A stretch of 63,858 bases of DNA, the filler included, from Octopus bimaculoides (taxonomy: Eukaryota): NCBI RefSeq assembly GCF_001194135.2. It is 8 parts of 8 records of this genome, joined end to end, with 100 filler letters (N's around TTAATTAATTAA, not from the genome) between each part and the next. Parts side by side here need not be neighbours in the genome. Positions count along the whole stretch, not along the records: positions 23,990 to 31,095 come from NC_068981.1; positions 31,196 to 37,173 come from NC_068984.1; positions 37,274 to 42,080 come from NC_068992.1; 5 more parts are not named here. One strand, written 5' to 3'. The position numbers and the translations under genes were made by a program. The notes beneath the pieces were generated by a model that ran no database searches, was not told where the DNA came from, and saw nothing but the letters and a program-made list of their open reading frames with translations. Of the stretch, positions 27,169 to 39,885 are shown one piece after another (positions within the stretch are counted from its first letter, which is position 1; each line of letters opens with the position of its first letter).

Positions 27169-28832
27169 GATGGCCATCCACTCGTGACCGAGGAAGACCA
27201 TTGCCGACCTTCAGGAACATTCTGCGCTCTGGGACTAACTTACATTTTGCATTTACAGCTCCTTTGGTGGCTAATGAACCCTGCTCTTGATAAGCATACA
27301 CAACTGCAAACATTGCAGATTAAGCTTTCCCCATTCACTATACGAGCCGTACACTTTTGCACAGCTCGCTTAAATTCTTCATGCTGTATACGTGCTCTCT
27401 CAAAAGTGTTGATCCCCTCCTTAACCTGCTGCCTCCATCTGTGGCGATGACAGGCATTATTCTCCCAGTCAGTGTCCTGCATATCACAGGCCTTTAATGA
27501 GGACTTGACACATCCTTAAAGCGCAGCCTTGGTTTCTGCCGGAGTCTCCTTCCATTCACAAGTTCTCCATAGAGCTTCTGCTTAGGAATTCTGCTATCCT
27601 TCATTCTAATAATGTGTCCAGTCTAACGTAACCGGTGCTTGTGCACCATCGCCTCAATACTCAAGATATCAGCTGTCCTTAGGATCTGTGTGTCTGGAAT
27701 CCTTGAGGTCCAGCCGACATTGAGAATGTGCCTGAGACATCTCTGATGAAAGCGTTCAAGGACCCTTACCTGACGTTTGTACAGAGTCCATGTTTCACAC
27801 GAGTAGAGGAGCGACGTTAGTACACAAGCACGGTACACAGCAACTTTTGTTTGCCTTGCTATGCCATTCTGGGACCAGACACGAGACTGAAGAGACCGGA
27901 AGGAATTAGTTGCTCTCTGCAACCTGAAATATATTTCCTCATCCAGGGAGCAAGAATGGCTGGGTGTGCTGCCCAGGTAGATAAACTTGTCTACCACTTT
28001 CAGAATTGTTCCTTCAACCAAGATAACTGGTTCCACATATGGATTTCCTGGTGCAGGTTGGAACATTACAACAGTCTTGTCCAGGCTAATGCCAAGTCCA
28101 AATGCCTTGCAAGAAGCAGAAATGCAATTCATGAGTATTTGCATATCATCCACTGTATGAGTGACTAAGTCACAGTCATCTGCATAAAGGAGGTCACGAA
28201 TAATAGACCGGAGAACCTTTGAATTGGCAGCAATTCGGTGAAGATTAAAGAGGCAGCCAGAAGATCGATATCTGACATAAATTTCCAGAGAGCTAAGCTT
28301 AGCAAAAGCATAAGTAAAAGCAGCAGCAAAATACAAAGAAAAGAGAGTTGGGGCAAGGATGTCACTCTGCTTGACACTATTCTCTACAGGAATGGGTCCG
28401 CCATGCCACCACCAACATTGACCCAAGCCTCCATCCCATCATGAAAGGATTTAACTATAGATATAAAGTGATCTGGACATCCAAGTCTGCCAAGTATTTT
28501 CCATAGAAAGGCCCTATTTACAGTATCAAAGGCCTTTGTTAAATCAATGAATACCTGGACAAGATCCATATTCTGCTCATAGCACTTCTCCTGCATCTGT
28601 CTTGCTGTGAAGATCATATCCATTGTCCCTCTACCAGATCGGAAGCCACATTGAGATTCAGATAGGACATCATTTACGAGACACCCGTTCAGACGAGTAA
28701 GAAGAATATTTGCCAGAACCTTGCCAGCAGCTGATAGTAGAGCAACACCTCTGTAGTTACCACACATTGTTCTGGCTCCTTTTCCTTTATATAGAGGGAG
28801 AATAATTGCATCCTTCCAGTCCTTAGGGATTG
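27169..28832 (-). mobile_element. 5'-truncated RTE/BovB-like LINE; reverse transcriptase largely intact (frameshift, few stops) with C-terminal zinc finger
   Basis: NYRGVALLSAAGKVL, SESQCGFRSGRGTMDMIF, VFIDLTKAFDTVNR, LLYADDCDL, FIYLGS, LLYSCETW; C-terminal CNVCSCVCLSRAGFISHQRSC; no endonuclease domain present. Confidence 0.95.
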
Positions 28833-29049
28833 CATACATACATGCATACATACATACATACATACATACATACATACATACATACATACATACATACATA
28901 CATACATACATACATACACAACACACTGCCTAAATACCAATCTTGAGAAATTAGGTTTCTCAAAACCAGAAAGGAGAAAGCTAATTCAAAGACTACAGAT
29001 CCAATCCATCAGTGGAACTGTAAAAATCTGTAAAACTTTCCAGAAGTTT

Positions 29050-30250
29050 ATTATTTAAATATATATGAGCATGTCTAGATATGCAACTATATGGTCCTGC
29101 TTGATCTGTAGAAAAGGCGTAGTTAGAAACTCTATAAGATGTACCCAGTGCAAGCTATGGACACATAAGAGGTGCAGCAATATCAAAGGAAGGCTAACTG
29201 GGAAGATAGTTTTTGCGTGTGGCAGATGCTCAGGAGCAATAGACACCGAAAATGTGCAGAAAACAGTTTCCATCACATACCAGGGGGAAAAACTACAAGT
29301 AGTTGATAGCTTCCATTACCTAGGTGAGACCAAGTCAGTAGCAGGGGTGGATGCTCTGAGAGTGTAGCTGCTAGAATGAGAATAGCTTGGGCAAAGTTCA
29401 GAGAGCTCCTACCTCTATTGCTAACAAAGGGCCTCTCCCACAGAGTAAAAGGTAGACTGTATGAGCCATGTGTACGAACAGCCATGCTACATGGCAGTGA
29501 AACATGGGCCCTGACTGCTGAGGACATGCATAAGCTTGTAAGGAATGAAGCCAGTATGCTCTGCTGGATGTGTGATGTCAGTGTGCATACACGACAGAGT
29601 GTAAGTACCCTGAGAGAAAAGTTGGACATAAGAAGCATCAGATGTGGTGTGCAAGAGAGATGACTGTGCTGGTATGGTCATGTGTTGCATATGGACAAGG
29701 ACAACTGTGGAAGAGGTAGACCCAGCAAGGCCTGGGATGAGGTGGTGAAGCATAACCTTTGAACATTTTGGCCCACCGAGGCAATGACAAGTGACCGAGA
29801 CCTTTGAAGATATGCTGTGCATGAGAAGACCTGGAAAAGCCAAGTGAGACCATAACTGTGACCTATGCCAGGGCAGAATAACTGGCCCATTTAAGAGTAC
29901 CCTTCAATCATTGAGCAATAAACTGCTTGCGAAGACCTGTTGAGGCAAGTGAAGTTGTTATCGTGGCCAATGACAGTACCGCCTGACTGGCATCTCGGCT
30001 GGTGGCATGTAAAAAGCACCATTCAAGCATGGTGGATGCCAGTACCACCTGACTGGCCCGCATGCCAGTGGCATGTAAAAAGCACCTACTACATTCTTGA
30101 ATGGTTGGTGTTAGGAAGAGCACCTAGCTGTAGAAACTTTGCCAGATCGGATTGGAGCCTGGTGCAGCCTTCTGGCTTGCCAGCCCTCAGTCAAACCGTC
30201 CAACCCATGCCAGCATGGAAAGTGGACGTTAAACGACAACGATGATAAGG
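29050..30250 (+). mobile_element. RTE-type LINE 3' third: Cys/His finger insert in the RT region, RT C-terminus, tandem-unit 3' UTR, (GAT)n-like tail
   Basis: CLICRKGVVRNSIRCTQCKLWTHKRC, VVDSFHYLG, MLHGSETW; ends aaagtggacgttaaacgacaacgatgat. Confidence 0.9.
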
Positions 30251-30446
30251 ATGCATGTGAATACATAAATAAAACATACAAATCTGCATATACAAACAAA
30301 AATACCCTGTTGTTTATGTTGAAATTCCAATGAAGGAGCCTTGGATCTAGGTTAGAAACCAATTCTTTCTCTATTTTCAAGAAATCTTGAAATAAACTGA
30401 ATAATGACATACATGCACACATGCATACATACATATATACATACAT

Positions 30447-30480
<34 letters not shown>

Positions 30481-30859
30481 GTATGTACATACATACATAC
30501 ATGTATACAATTAGCACTTCACTTTCAATTACAAGCTACTTTTGAATGCTTAAGTACTTCAGAAGGCCAAAACAAAAAATGCCAATATACATTTGGGTCA
30601 AATGTTTTAAAGGCGATGCTGCTTTATAAATGAAATAATGAAACTGAATGGGGAAAGAATGGGAGAGGACAAAAAGGAGAGAAGATGTCTGAATGTCATT
30701 GTCCTGTTGTAAATGTGATGAATTAATGAAAATGTTTTCTTCATTTTAGCAATAGTACAAAGCAACTCTAAAAAGGGTGCCGAAAGTTAAGTGATGGACA
30801 GTTTATTGATGACAAAAAAAAAAAAAATTAAAATTAAAAAGGACAAAAGAAGAATAGAT

Positions 30860-31095
30860 CATCATCATCATTTAACGTCCGCTTTCCATGCTAGCATGGG
30901 TTGGACGATTTGACTGAGGACTGGCAAGCCAGAAGGCTGCACCAGGCTCCAATCTGATTTGGCAGAGTTTCTACAGCTGGATGCCCTTCCTAATGCCAAC
31001 CACTCAGAGAGTGTAGTGGGTGCTTTTACGTGCCACCGGTACGATGGCCAGTCAGGCAGTACTGGCAACAGCCACGCTCAAAATGGTGTATTTTA
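30860..31095 (-). mobile_element. 3' UTR and tail fragment of the same RTE-type LINE
   Basis: Near-identical to 15834-16034; (atc)n tail. Confidence 0.85.
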
Positions 31096-31396
31096 NNNNN
31101 NNNNNNNNNNNNNNNNNNNNNNNNNNNNNNNNNNNNNNNTTAATTAATTAANNNNNNNNNNNNNNNNNNNNNNNNNNNNNNNNNNNNNNNNNNNNTTTTA
31201 CTTGTTCCAGTCATTTGGCTGCAGCCATGCTGGAGCACCACCTTAAAGGGTGTTAGTCGAAGAAATCGATCCCAGGACTTATTCATTGTAATTCTGGTAC
31301 TTTTACAGAATCTTCCAGTGCAAACAAGATCGAGCGCTCTGAGAAGTAAAACGACGACGACGACGACGATGACGATGACAACAACAACAACAACAA

Positions 31397-31438
<42 letters not shown>

Positions 31439-32129
31439 GAACAATAATAATAATAATGATATTCTTTTATTCTTTTATACGTTTCAGCCCTCAGGTTGTG
31501 GCCATGCTGAAAAACCGCTAGTACAATCACTTTTCAATGGCCAATCTTATGTGATACAAATAACTGGTTACGCGTTTTTTTTAAATATATTTTTGAATAA
31601 AGTTAAAACACGGTCTGGTTTTCACGTTTTTTTATCATTGTATAAAAACAATTTACAATGTTGAAATGTGTTAAACATTAAAAAAATATTTTGTAAAGTT
31701 CATAAAGTTCAATTAGATCTTTCATACGTTCGTAGTAATCATCAGATTTCAAGATGTATTTAACTGACAGTTGAGTTCTTGACAACTGTAGTAAAATGAC
31801 TGAATTCTTTCTTTTTGTAGATCTTAGAAGGCTCCAGCAAGCTGAATTTTTCGAATACGGTTTTGACCTATTCGCATGCAGCTTAAACGTTATGATTTGC
31901 CTGGCGCACTGATATTACTGGCATAAATCCTGCCTTCGTTTTAACCAATTAGCTTGCGGTTTACGGGTAATGGTCTTATGAGTGAGCAAGCTTAGTTGGT
32001 TTCGATCGTTTTTATTTCAGTTAGTGGGAGTCTTCCCTAATTTGTTTATATTCATATGTTGAAGATATTTTTTAATGCACATCATTAACTGGTTGATATA
32101 TTATTGTTATTTCCGTTCAGAACAGGTTT

Positions 32130-32692
32130 GAACATAAAAAAAAAAACAAAAAAAAACATTTTCTTTCATCTTTTTTCCAATGTCACTTGTGTCATGTAGT
32201 TTGTGGAAAGGAAAAATTAGAAACATTTTCTGACCACATGTTTCTATATGTTTGCTCAATGGAATTTGGCGAACATTAGTTGTTCTGGATTTGTTTTCTG
32301 TGGACTCGTGAGCGTTTCAATAATGCATTGCCTGTCTCGGCATATTTATAGTTCCTTGCAATTAGGGCATTTAACGCAGTAGATCAAATTTCTGCTTTTG
32401 CAGTTCATATATGCATTCGCGAAGATCTGTCCATTTAATGGATCTAACAGTACGCATGTATTGACACATTCCACATGTTATCATTACGCTTGGCTTGGAT
32501 ACTGTGAATTTTTTATCCTGTTCGTTCATGTTGAATTTTGCCTTTGTTAATGTTTTCTTTAGGTCATGTGGTTAAGTGTTTAATAAGTTATGTTTTTTTA
32601 ATTTTTCACTTTGTTTCACGATTGGAAAATTTGTTTTGATGATGTTAAAAATATTTTGGTGATGCAATGATAAAACACGTGAAAACCAGAAC
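32130..32692 (-). mobile_element. Penelope-like element remnant, GIY-YIG endonuclease region
   Basis: Minus strand CGMCQY...MNCKSRNLIYCVKCPNCKEL(YI)GETGNALLKRSRVHRKQI...LSKHIETC (frameshifted). Confidence 0.8.
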
Positions 32693-33189
32693 NNNNNNNN
32701 NNNNNNNNNNNNNNNNNNNNNNNNNNNNNNNNNNNNNNNNNNNNNNNNNNNNNNNNNNNNNNNNNNNNNNNNNNNNNNNNNNNNNNNNNNNNNNNNNNNN
32801 NNNNNNNNNNNNNNNNNNNNNNNNNNNNNNNNNNNNNNNNNNNNNNNNNNNNNNNNNNNNNNNNNNNNNNNNNNNNNNNNNNNNNNNNNNNNNNNNNNNN
32901 NNNNNNNNNNNNNNNNNNNNNNNNNNNNNNNNNNNNNNNNNNNNNNNNNNNNNNNNNNNNNNNNNNNNNNNNNNNNNNNNNNNNNNNNNNNNNNNNNNNN
33001 NNNNNNNNNNNNNNNNNNNNNNNNNNNNNNNNNNNNNNNNNNNNNNNNNNNNNNNNNNNNNNNNNNNNNNNNNNNNNNNNNNNNNNNNNNNNNNNNNNNN
33101 NNNNNNNNNNNNNNNNNNNNNNNNNNNNNNNNNNNNNNNNNNNNNNNNAAATACATATTATACACAAACACCCAAGCGTACAAGCATAA

Positions 33190-33550
33190 TAACCGGCACT
33201 CTGTCTGCTACGAAGGCCAGCGTTCCAGTTGATCCGATCAACAGAACAGCCTGCTTGTGAAATTATCGTGCAAGTGGCTGAGCACTCCGCAAACACGTGT
33301 ACCTTTAACGTTGTTCTCGGGGAGATTCAGCGTGACACAGAGTGTGACAAGGCTGGTCCTTCGAAATACATGTACTATTCATTTTTGCCAGTTGAGTGAA
33401 CTGGAGCGTGGACTAGAGCGTGGACTGGAGCGTGGACTAGGTCGTGAAATAAAGTGTCTTACTTAAAGAGACAACACGCCGCCAAGAATCGAACTCATGA
33501 TCTTACGATTGTGAGCCCAATACCCTAATTACAAAGCCACGTGCCCTCAC
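33190..33550 (-). mobile_element. tRNA-derived SINE family B
   Basis: Reverse-complement match to 39567-39885 and 2943-3246. Confidence 0.75.
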
Positions 33551-34311
33551 GTACAGACATACAAGCCAGTACAAACATACACGTGTACACGCATGCACAT
33601 TCACTTACACACACACATATCGGAGGTAAATCTTAGTACTTAAACTGGTGTATACAATGTTAAAATCTTTTCCATATAATTGAAACAGGGTACATGTAAC
33701 ATACATGTACCCTGTTTAGAGCTGCTATGTTAAAATCTGATTTGTTACTTGTATATTTGCATTAGGTTGCATAACTAAGACATACATTGTGTGCATAGCA
33801 TTTATTCAGAGGGACTGGCTCAACTAGCTTTGACATGACCAAACTATTCTGTATTTCAGAATGGCGTCCCACCACCATTCCACCCGGAACTGAGAGTTCC
33901 AACAGACTGACACTCATACACATACATGCATATACTTTCACGCGCCCGTACACACGCATATATAATAATAATAATAATAATTAATTCGTTTTATTGGCCA
34001 CAAGGGCTAATATCAATTAAAGACATATAAGGACAAAGACAGGACGAAGGTTACAAAAGGTTTTGTCCGAAAAGGTAGGAAAGTTCGTCTAAACAGAGGA
34101 AGAAAACGGAGAAGGATATAATAAATAAATAGATAAATAAATAGATAAATAAATAAGTAGAACTCCCAAAGGGGGAGGCGCTTCGAAAAAGGAAAGGTTA
34201 CACGTGGAAAAACCCATAAAACCACGGGAGCCTGGTCAGAAAAAATAAGAAAGGGGTATAGAGCCCTTTCTCCTTTTACATTACCTTTTTTTTTGCCGTG
34301 AGGAGTGGAAT

Positions 34312-34346
34312 GTCCAACGTTTCGGATTCAATCCTTCGTTAGGGGG
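34312..34346 (-). ncRNA. Degenerate minimal type-I hammerhead ribozyme motif (G5A, probably inactive)
   Basis: cccCTAACGA-A-GGAT-TGA-ATCC-GAAA-CG-TT-gg; stem II and palindromic stem III (ACGT) intact, core G5 mutated. Confidence 0.5.
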
Positions 34347-34362
34347 CAGAGAAAAAGAGAAG

Positions 34363-34451
<89 letters not shown>

Positions 34452-34469
34452 AAAGAGAAACAAGTCACA

Positions 34470-34645
34470 CAGTCATTCACTTAAACACTTCTTAGACCGT
34501 CGTTCTGTACCTCAAGCCAGCACTAATACACTCCTCACATAGCTGAGCTCGTCTTAACACTCAATTGTTTTTTCCTTCTCTGGCGAATTCTATAAGCAGG
34601 TCAGCGGTATTGCTATGGGTACCAGCCACTCCTGCGCCTTTATTT
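34470..34645 (+). mobile_element. Penelope-like reverse transcriptase fragment
   Basis: LKHFLDRRSVPQASTNTLL..IAELVLTLNCFSFSGEFYKQVSGIAMGT (PLE RT G.AMGT motif). Confidence 0.75.
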
Positions 34646-34691
<46 letters not shown>

Positions 34692-35016
34692 ACGTCAGTT
34701 GTCAAGTGATGGTAGCTGGACAAGCACAGACAAAGACACAAACATAAATACAAATACACATACACAGACACACACACACACTCATATATACGACGGATTT
34801 CTTTTAGTTTCCGTCTATCAAATCCACTTATAAGTCTTTAGTAGGCTCGAGGCCACAGTATGAACACATTTTGTCCAAGGTGACACGCAATGGGAACGAA
34901 CCCGGAACCAAGCAACTAAATCCACTCACAAGTCTTTGGTCGGCCCGAGGCTATAGTAGCAGACACTTGCCCAAGGTGCCAATCTTCCAACCACACACAC
35001 ACACACACACGTGTGC

Positions 35017-35076
<60 letters not shown>

Positions 35077-35269
35077 AGAATGACATATACACAGTTAAAT
35101 ACAAGCACAAAAATATGTACATATATAGACGTGCAAACAATTTTACATATACATATAACGAAAATACATATACGTATACACACACACACACACATACACA
35201 TATACATACGCACATGAACACACATACATCCATAAATTAATGCATATATGAATGCATGCGTTCTTTTAT

Positions 35270-35660
35270 TCTTTTATACTTTTTGTTGAATCAGTCATTT
35301 GGTTGCGGCCATGCTGGAGCACCGTCTTTAAGGAGTTTTAAATCAACAGATCAACTTCAGGACTTATATTTTAAGCCTGATACTTATTCTATCGGTCAGT
35401 TTTTGCGGAACTGCTGGGTTACAGGGACGTAACCACATCAATACCGGTTGTCAAGCGGTGATGGGGAGGCAAACACAGACACATACATACCCTCCCACAC
35501 ACACATATATACGACGGGCTTCTTTCAGTTTCCGTCTATCAAATCCACTCATAAGTCTTTAGTTGGCTCGAGACCACAGTAGAAGACATTTGTCCAAGGT
35601 GCCACGCAGTGGGAACGAACCTGGAACCATGTTGTTGGGAAGCAAACTTTTTACCACATA
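35270..35660 (-). mobile_element. tRNA-derived SINE family A, near full length
   Basis: Matches 61604-61990 along its length. Confidence 0.8.
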
Positions 35661-35929
35661 TACTCATAATGGCATATATACATATATGCATACAAACCCA
35701 CATATCTACCGACCAACATATAGACCCACATATCTTTCTACTTACCTATCTATATACATACATTATTTCTTTATTTCCTACAAGGAGCCCAACAAAGAGG
35801 GGACAACAGAAACACATGTGAGGACATATAACACAAAATAGTAAAAATTCAAATAGAATTATAAATACAATAATATGAATGAATAACGAGAATGAGAAAA
35901 TGGAAATGTGCTGCTTACCCCACCTCAAG

Positions 35930-36639
35930 CAGCATCACTTACTTCCTTGGGAGTTCTTTTACCACATCAACACCAAATTTCACCAATAGTTCCTCATACC
36001 CCATGTTGTTTGGTATCCTTTTAATGTCTGTATTGATCTTCTAGAACTTAAAACTATTTTTGTACTTTTACACCTCTTCCGTCTGCTTTTCTGAAAGTAT
36101 CACACACATGTGCCACCCTCTTGTGTTCACATATACTTCTGTAAGGACAAATTTTGTCGTCTTCCAACCTGTTATCTTCCGAATTAGTTCCTTATTCTCA
36201 TTGTTCGTTAGTATACAAACATAATTTACTTCACGGGGAGGGGAATCCTTTGTACTTTGTTGTGATTGCATTTATTCCTTCTTTTTGGATTGTGTAGGAA
36301 GGGGATGGATGGGTTCGGTCTCTTTTTTTTCTTCTTCCTTCTGCAATTTTCCATTCTTCCATTCTTTCCTTTTCCTCTTCTTGTTTCTTTTTCGGCCTCC
36401 CGTCCATTCTTTCCATAGTCTGCTGTTGCAGAGGGCAGTGTAATCTAATGTGGCATTCTTGGCCACATTTAAAACAACACTTTCAACACCAGGTTTCCAA
36501 TTGATACCGTCTCCACCAATTTTCGAGTGTCTCCACTGCAGCCTGTGCAATCAGATCTATAGTTTGTCCTTTCCAAATTGAGCCTTCCGTCTTTGTAACT
36601 TGGAGGACAGCTACTTCTTCCTCATCATCATCATCATCG

Positions 36640-36714
<75 letters not shown>

Positions 36715-36830
36715 GAGTTGCTACCTAATTTGGCATGGTGGTCATTATTTCCCATAGTGTTTTGTCCGGCTCTTTCTATTCTGAATTGAAATACCACCAA
36801 ATTCAATGTTCACCCTACGGATTTTGGAGT
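35930..36830 (-). mobile_element. Decayed LINE ORF1-like (L1/Tx1-type) fragment with CCHC knuckle, interrupted by a (GAT)n expansion at about 36623-36715
   Basis: Minus strand CFKCGQECHIRLHCP (C-x2-C-x4-H-x4-C) followed by a basic/acidic tract. Confidence 0.55.
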
Positions 36831-39301
36831 CAAATTAAGGTATATACATGCACACATACATGCATGCATACATTCATACACACATGCATACTCACATAAT
36901 TATACATGCAAGCCTATCGACCTGAATACATCTGCTTGCATACAAGCCTACAGATTTATATGCATACGTAAGAATGCGAACCGATCTACATACATACAAA
37001 CATACACGCATGCATACATACATAGAAACATGCATACATACATACAAACATGCTTGCATATATACAAACATACATGCATACATACTTACAAATAATATAC
37101 ATACATATTTACATGCACGCATACATCCATATGTATGTACATACAAACGTACGTACATAGGCACCTGCTAACANNNNNNNNNNNNNNNNNNNNNNNNNNN
37201 NNNNNNNNNNNNNNNNNTTAATTAATTAANNNNNNNNNNNNNNNNNNNNNNNNNNNNNNNNNNNNNNNNNNNNATCACTACGCCGGCCAGTTTGTATGTG
37301 TATGTGTGTGTGTGTGTATGTGTGTGTGTATACATATGTATATTTATATATATATATACATATGCGTATATATTTACATATGTATATTTATATAAACATA
37401 TATACATACATATTCATACATACTGTATACACACATGTATATATGTATGTGTGTGTATGCGCGTGTTTGTGTGTATATGTGTATATATGCATACTTATAA
37501 TGAAAGCAATGAATATATATATGTATGTATATATATATATATATGTATATATATATCTATAAATAAATATATATATTATATGTATATGTGTGTGTGTGTT
37601 TATATACATGTCCTTATAACCACATGCTTATGTATGTGTGCTTGTGTGTATGCGTGTGTATGTGCATGTGTGTGCTTGTGCGTGCATGTATGTGTGTAAG
37701 TGTATGTATGCATGCATGTATGTGTATCTGCATTTGAGAACATTCCGTATCAGATTCATCTATAAATCTTATTACTCTTGAAAAAGTAAATGTTTTCTGT
37801 TTATCACTTCCGGTGTGCCGGTGTTCCGGTAGTAGAGATGTTATGTCAGACGATGCCATCTGGTGTACAATAGTTATTCGAAACACTTATCAGATTTGTA
37901 TCGAGGTTTCAATTTCGTGAACTTTACTTTCCATTTTAACCCTTTGACACGGTATGGCGCAGTATGACCGTATCGTTAAGAAATTCACTTCACTATCCCG
38001 GGTTCCAAGTTCGATCCCATTGCGTTCCATGCTGATTCTAATTAAGAGTTATACTAAGAATATACGTGTCTATGGTATACACAGCTAGTGGCGGACTGGG
38101 TCTAAAAATATTGGTTGCCAGGAGACTAAGGATGCCCAACCGCAACCACAATGGGGCCCACTCGCAATTGCAATGCTATCATTTAATCTTTTTTCTGTTA
38201 AAAGTACTCTTTTCAAATGTCTATAAACACATCCAGGCTGAAATAATGCATTCTTCCAGGAGTGAATAAAACAATTTTCAAACTTGAGAGGATAGGTCCC
38301 TTAGATACTAACATGAGCCCCCATGTATGGATTCTAATGGCGCAGGGTCCCACTTGCCATCGGGCAAGCTGGCAACCTGGCCAGTCCGCCATTGTACACA
38401 GCCACTTACGTTAGTTCAGGAACAGCTGATTCAAGCGATCGTCAACATTAAACGACGGAGATCTACCACCAACACTAAATGGGAATTAACGGAACGCTCG
38501 ATTTGCTATACATAACAGCCAAATCTCCGTGAATTATGCACTGCTGGTGTATTACAAAAGGAAATAACGCATTGGCTTATTTAGTTCTTGATATACAATC
38601 TCTGAATAAAAGATGGAATGGTCACGGCTGGAGCGTCTTTGACTACAAATCTGCAGAATCAGGTTCATCATGAGACTAACGAACACCACGAAGGAATACT
38701 GTATATTTGAACATTAACTTTATCAAACCATAAAAGCAGGTGGATCTTCGTCGGTTTCGACGATTAGGGCTCAGATTAACTGAATCATCTTCTTACTGGA
38801 TTAACTTGTAACTGACAGAGTATTCCACAGATATGCGTACCATGAACGTAATTCTTAGGCAAAACCAGTGTGACAGTGTGCATGACAAGACAGTACCTTT
38901 AAAATCACAGATAAACCCCACCAGACAGGCTACAGCGCAGTTTCCATCGGCTCAATTTCACTGACAAAGGTTGGATTGACTCGAGATCTGGCGAAAGAAA
39001 CTCGCTCACAATACCTCGTACTGAGATCGAACTCAGCAACTCGTAATTGCGAAGCAAACTCCTTTATCATTCGACCAAGTTGCATCCTCGAATTACGCAA
39101 CAACACACTGCGCTCTGCTGTTGTGGCCTTGGGTTCAATTCCATTGCACAGCACCTTGAGCAAGTGTTTTCTATTATAACTCAGGGCGTTGTGAGTGGAT
39201 TTGGTAGACAGANNNNNNNNNNNNNNNNNNNNNNNNNNNNNNNNNNNNNNNNNNNNNNNNNNNNNNNNNNNNNNNNNNNNNNNNNNNNNNNNNNNNNNNN
39301 N

Positions 39302-39334
<33 letters not shown>

Positions 39335-39499
39335 ATACATACATACATACATACACATATATAGTTGAAAAGGGTTAGAGATCTATACAAATCAAATTTT
39401 TATTTATGAAAAAGATGGAGGTGGAAAGAGCACAGAATTAAATCTAAGACATCTCAGTGTAAGAAGGAATTTAATAAAAGATTATATAAATAAAAATAT

Positions 39500-39542
39500 T
39501 ACTATTACCGGTTTCGATGTATTTCATCTTATCAAATATCAG
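39500..39542 (-). ncRNA. Minimal type-I hammerhead ribozyme motif with U3-A8 core variant
   Basis: gatat-TTGATAA-GATG-AAATA-CATC-GAAA-CCGG-TA-atag; perfect 4-bp stem II, palindromic stem III ACCGGT, GUA cleavage triplet, short stem I (tat/ata). Confidence 0.6.
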
Positions 39543-39566
39543 TAAAAATTTATAAAAATTTAAAGT

Positions 39567-39885
39567 GAAGGCGCGTGGCGTGGCGTAGCGGTTAGGTCAT
39601 TTGGTTCACGATTGTAAGATCGTGAGTTCAATTCCCGGTGACGCGTTCTGCCCTTGAGCAAGACACTTTATTTCACGTTGCTCCACCCCACTCAGCCGGC
39701 AAAAATGAGTAGTACCTGTATTTCAAAGGGCCAGCCTTGTCTCACTCTGTATCATGCGGAATCTCCCTGAGAACTACGTTAAGGGTACATGTTTCTGTGG
39801 AGAACACGTTAATTTCACGAGCAGGCTGTTCCGTTAATCGGATCAGCTGGGACCCTCGTCATCGTCGTAACCGACGGAGTGCTCC
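39567..39885 (+). mobile_element. tRNA-derived SINE family B, full length with Pol III A and B boxes
   Basis: A box tggcgtagcgg (39581-39591), B box gagttcaattccc (39624-39636), ccttgagcaagacact core. Confidence 0.8.

Noticed and set aside
31345-31460. Compound trinucleotide tract (ACG)(ATG)(ACA)(GCA)(ATA) giving poly-T/A/C ORFs
   Set aside because: A microsatellite with motif turnover; no splice or coding context.
31821-31913. Acceptor followed by DLRRLQQAEFFEYGFDLFACSLNVMICLAH-stop
   Set aside because: No recognisable homology and no compatible upstream exon.
38745-38790. Hammerhead-like relics (also about 31725-31745, 41800-41830, 58174-58215, 21289-21320)
   Set aside because: Core nucleotides are deleted or stem II cannot form; too degenerate to call.
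39567-39640. tRNA-like heads as real tRNA genes
   Set aside because: They continue into SINE bodies, and no complete cloverleaf or acceptor stem is evident.
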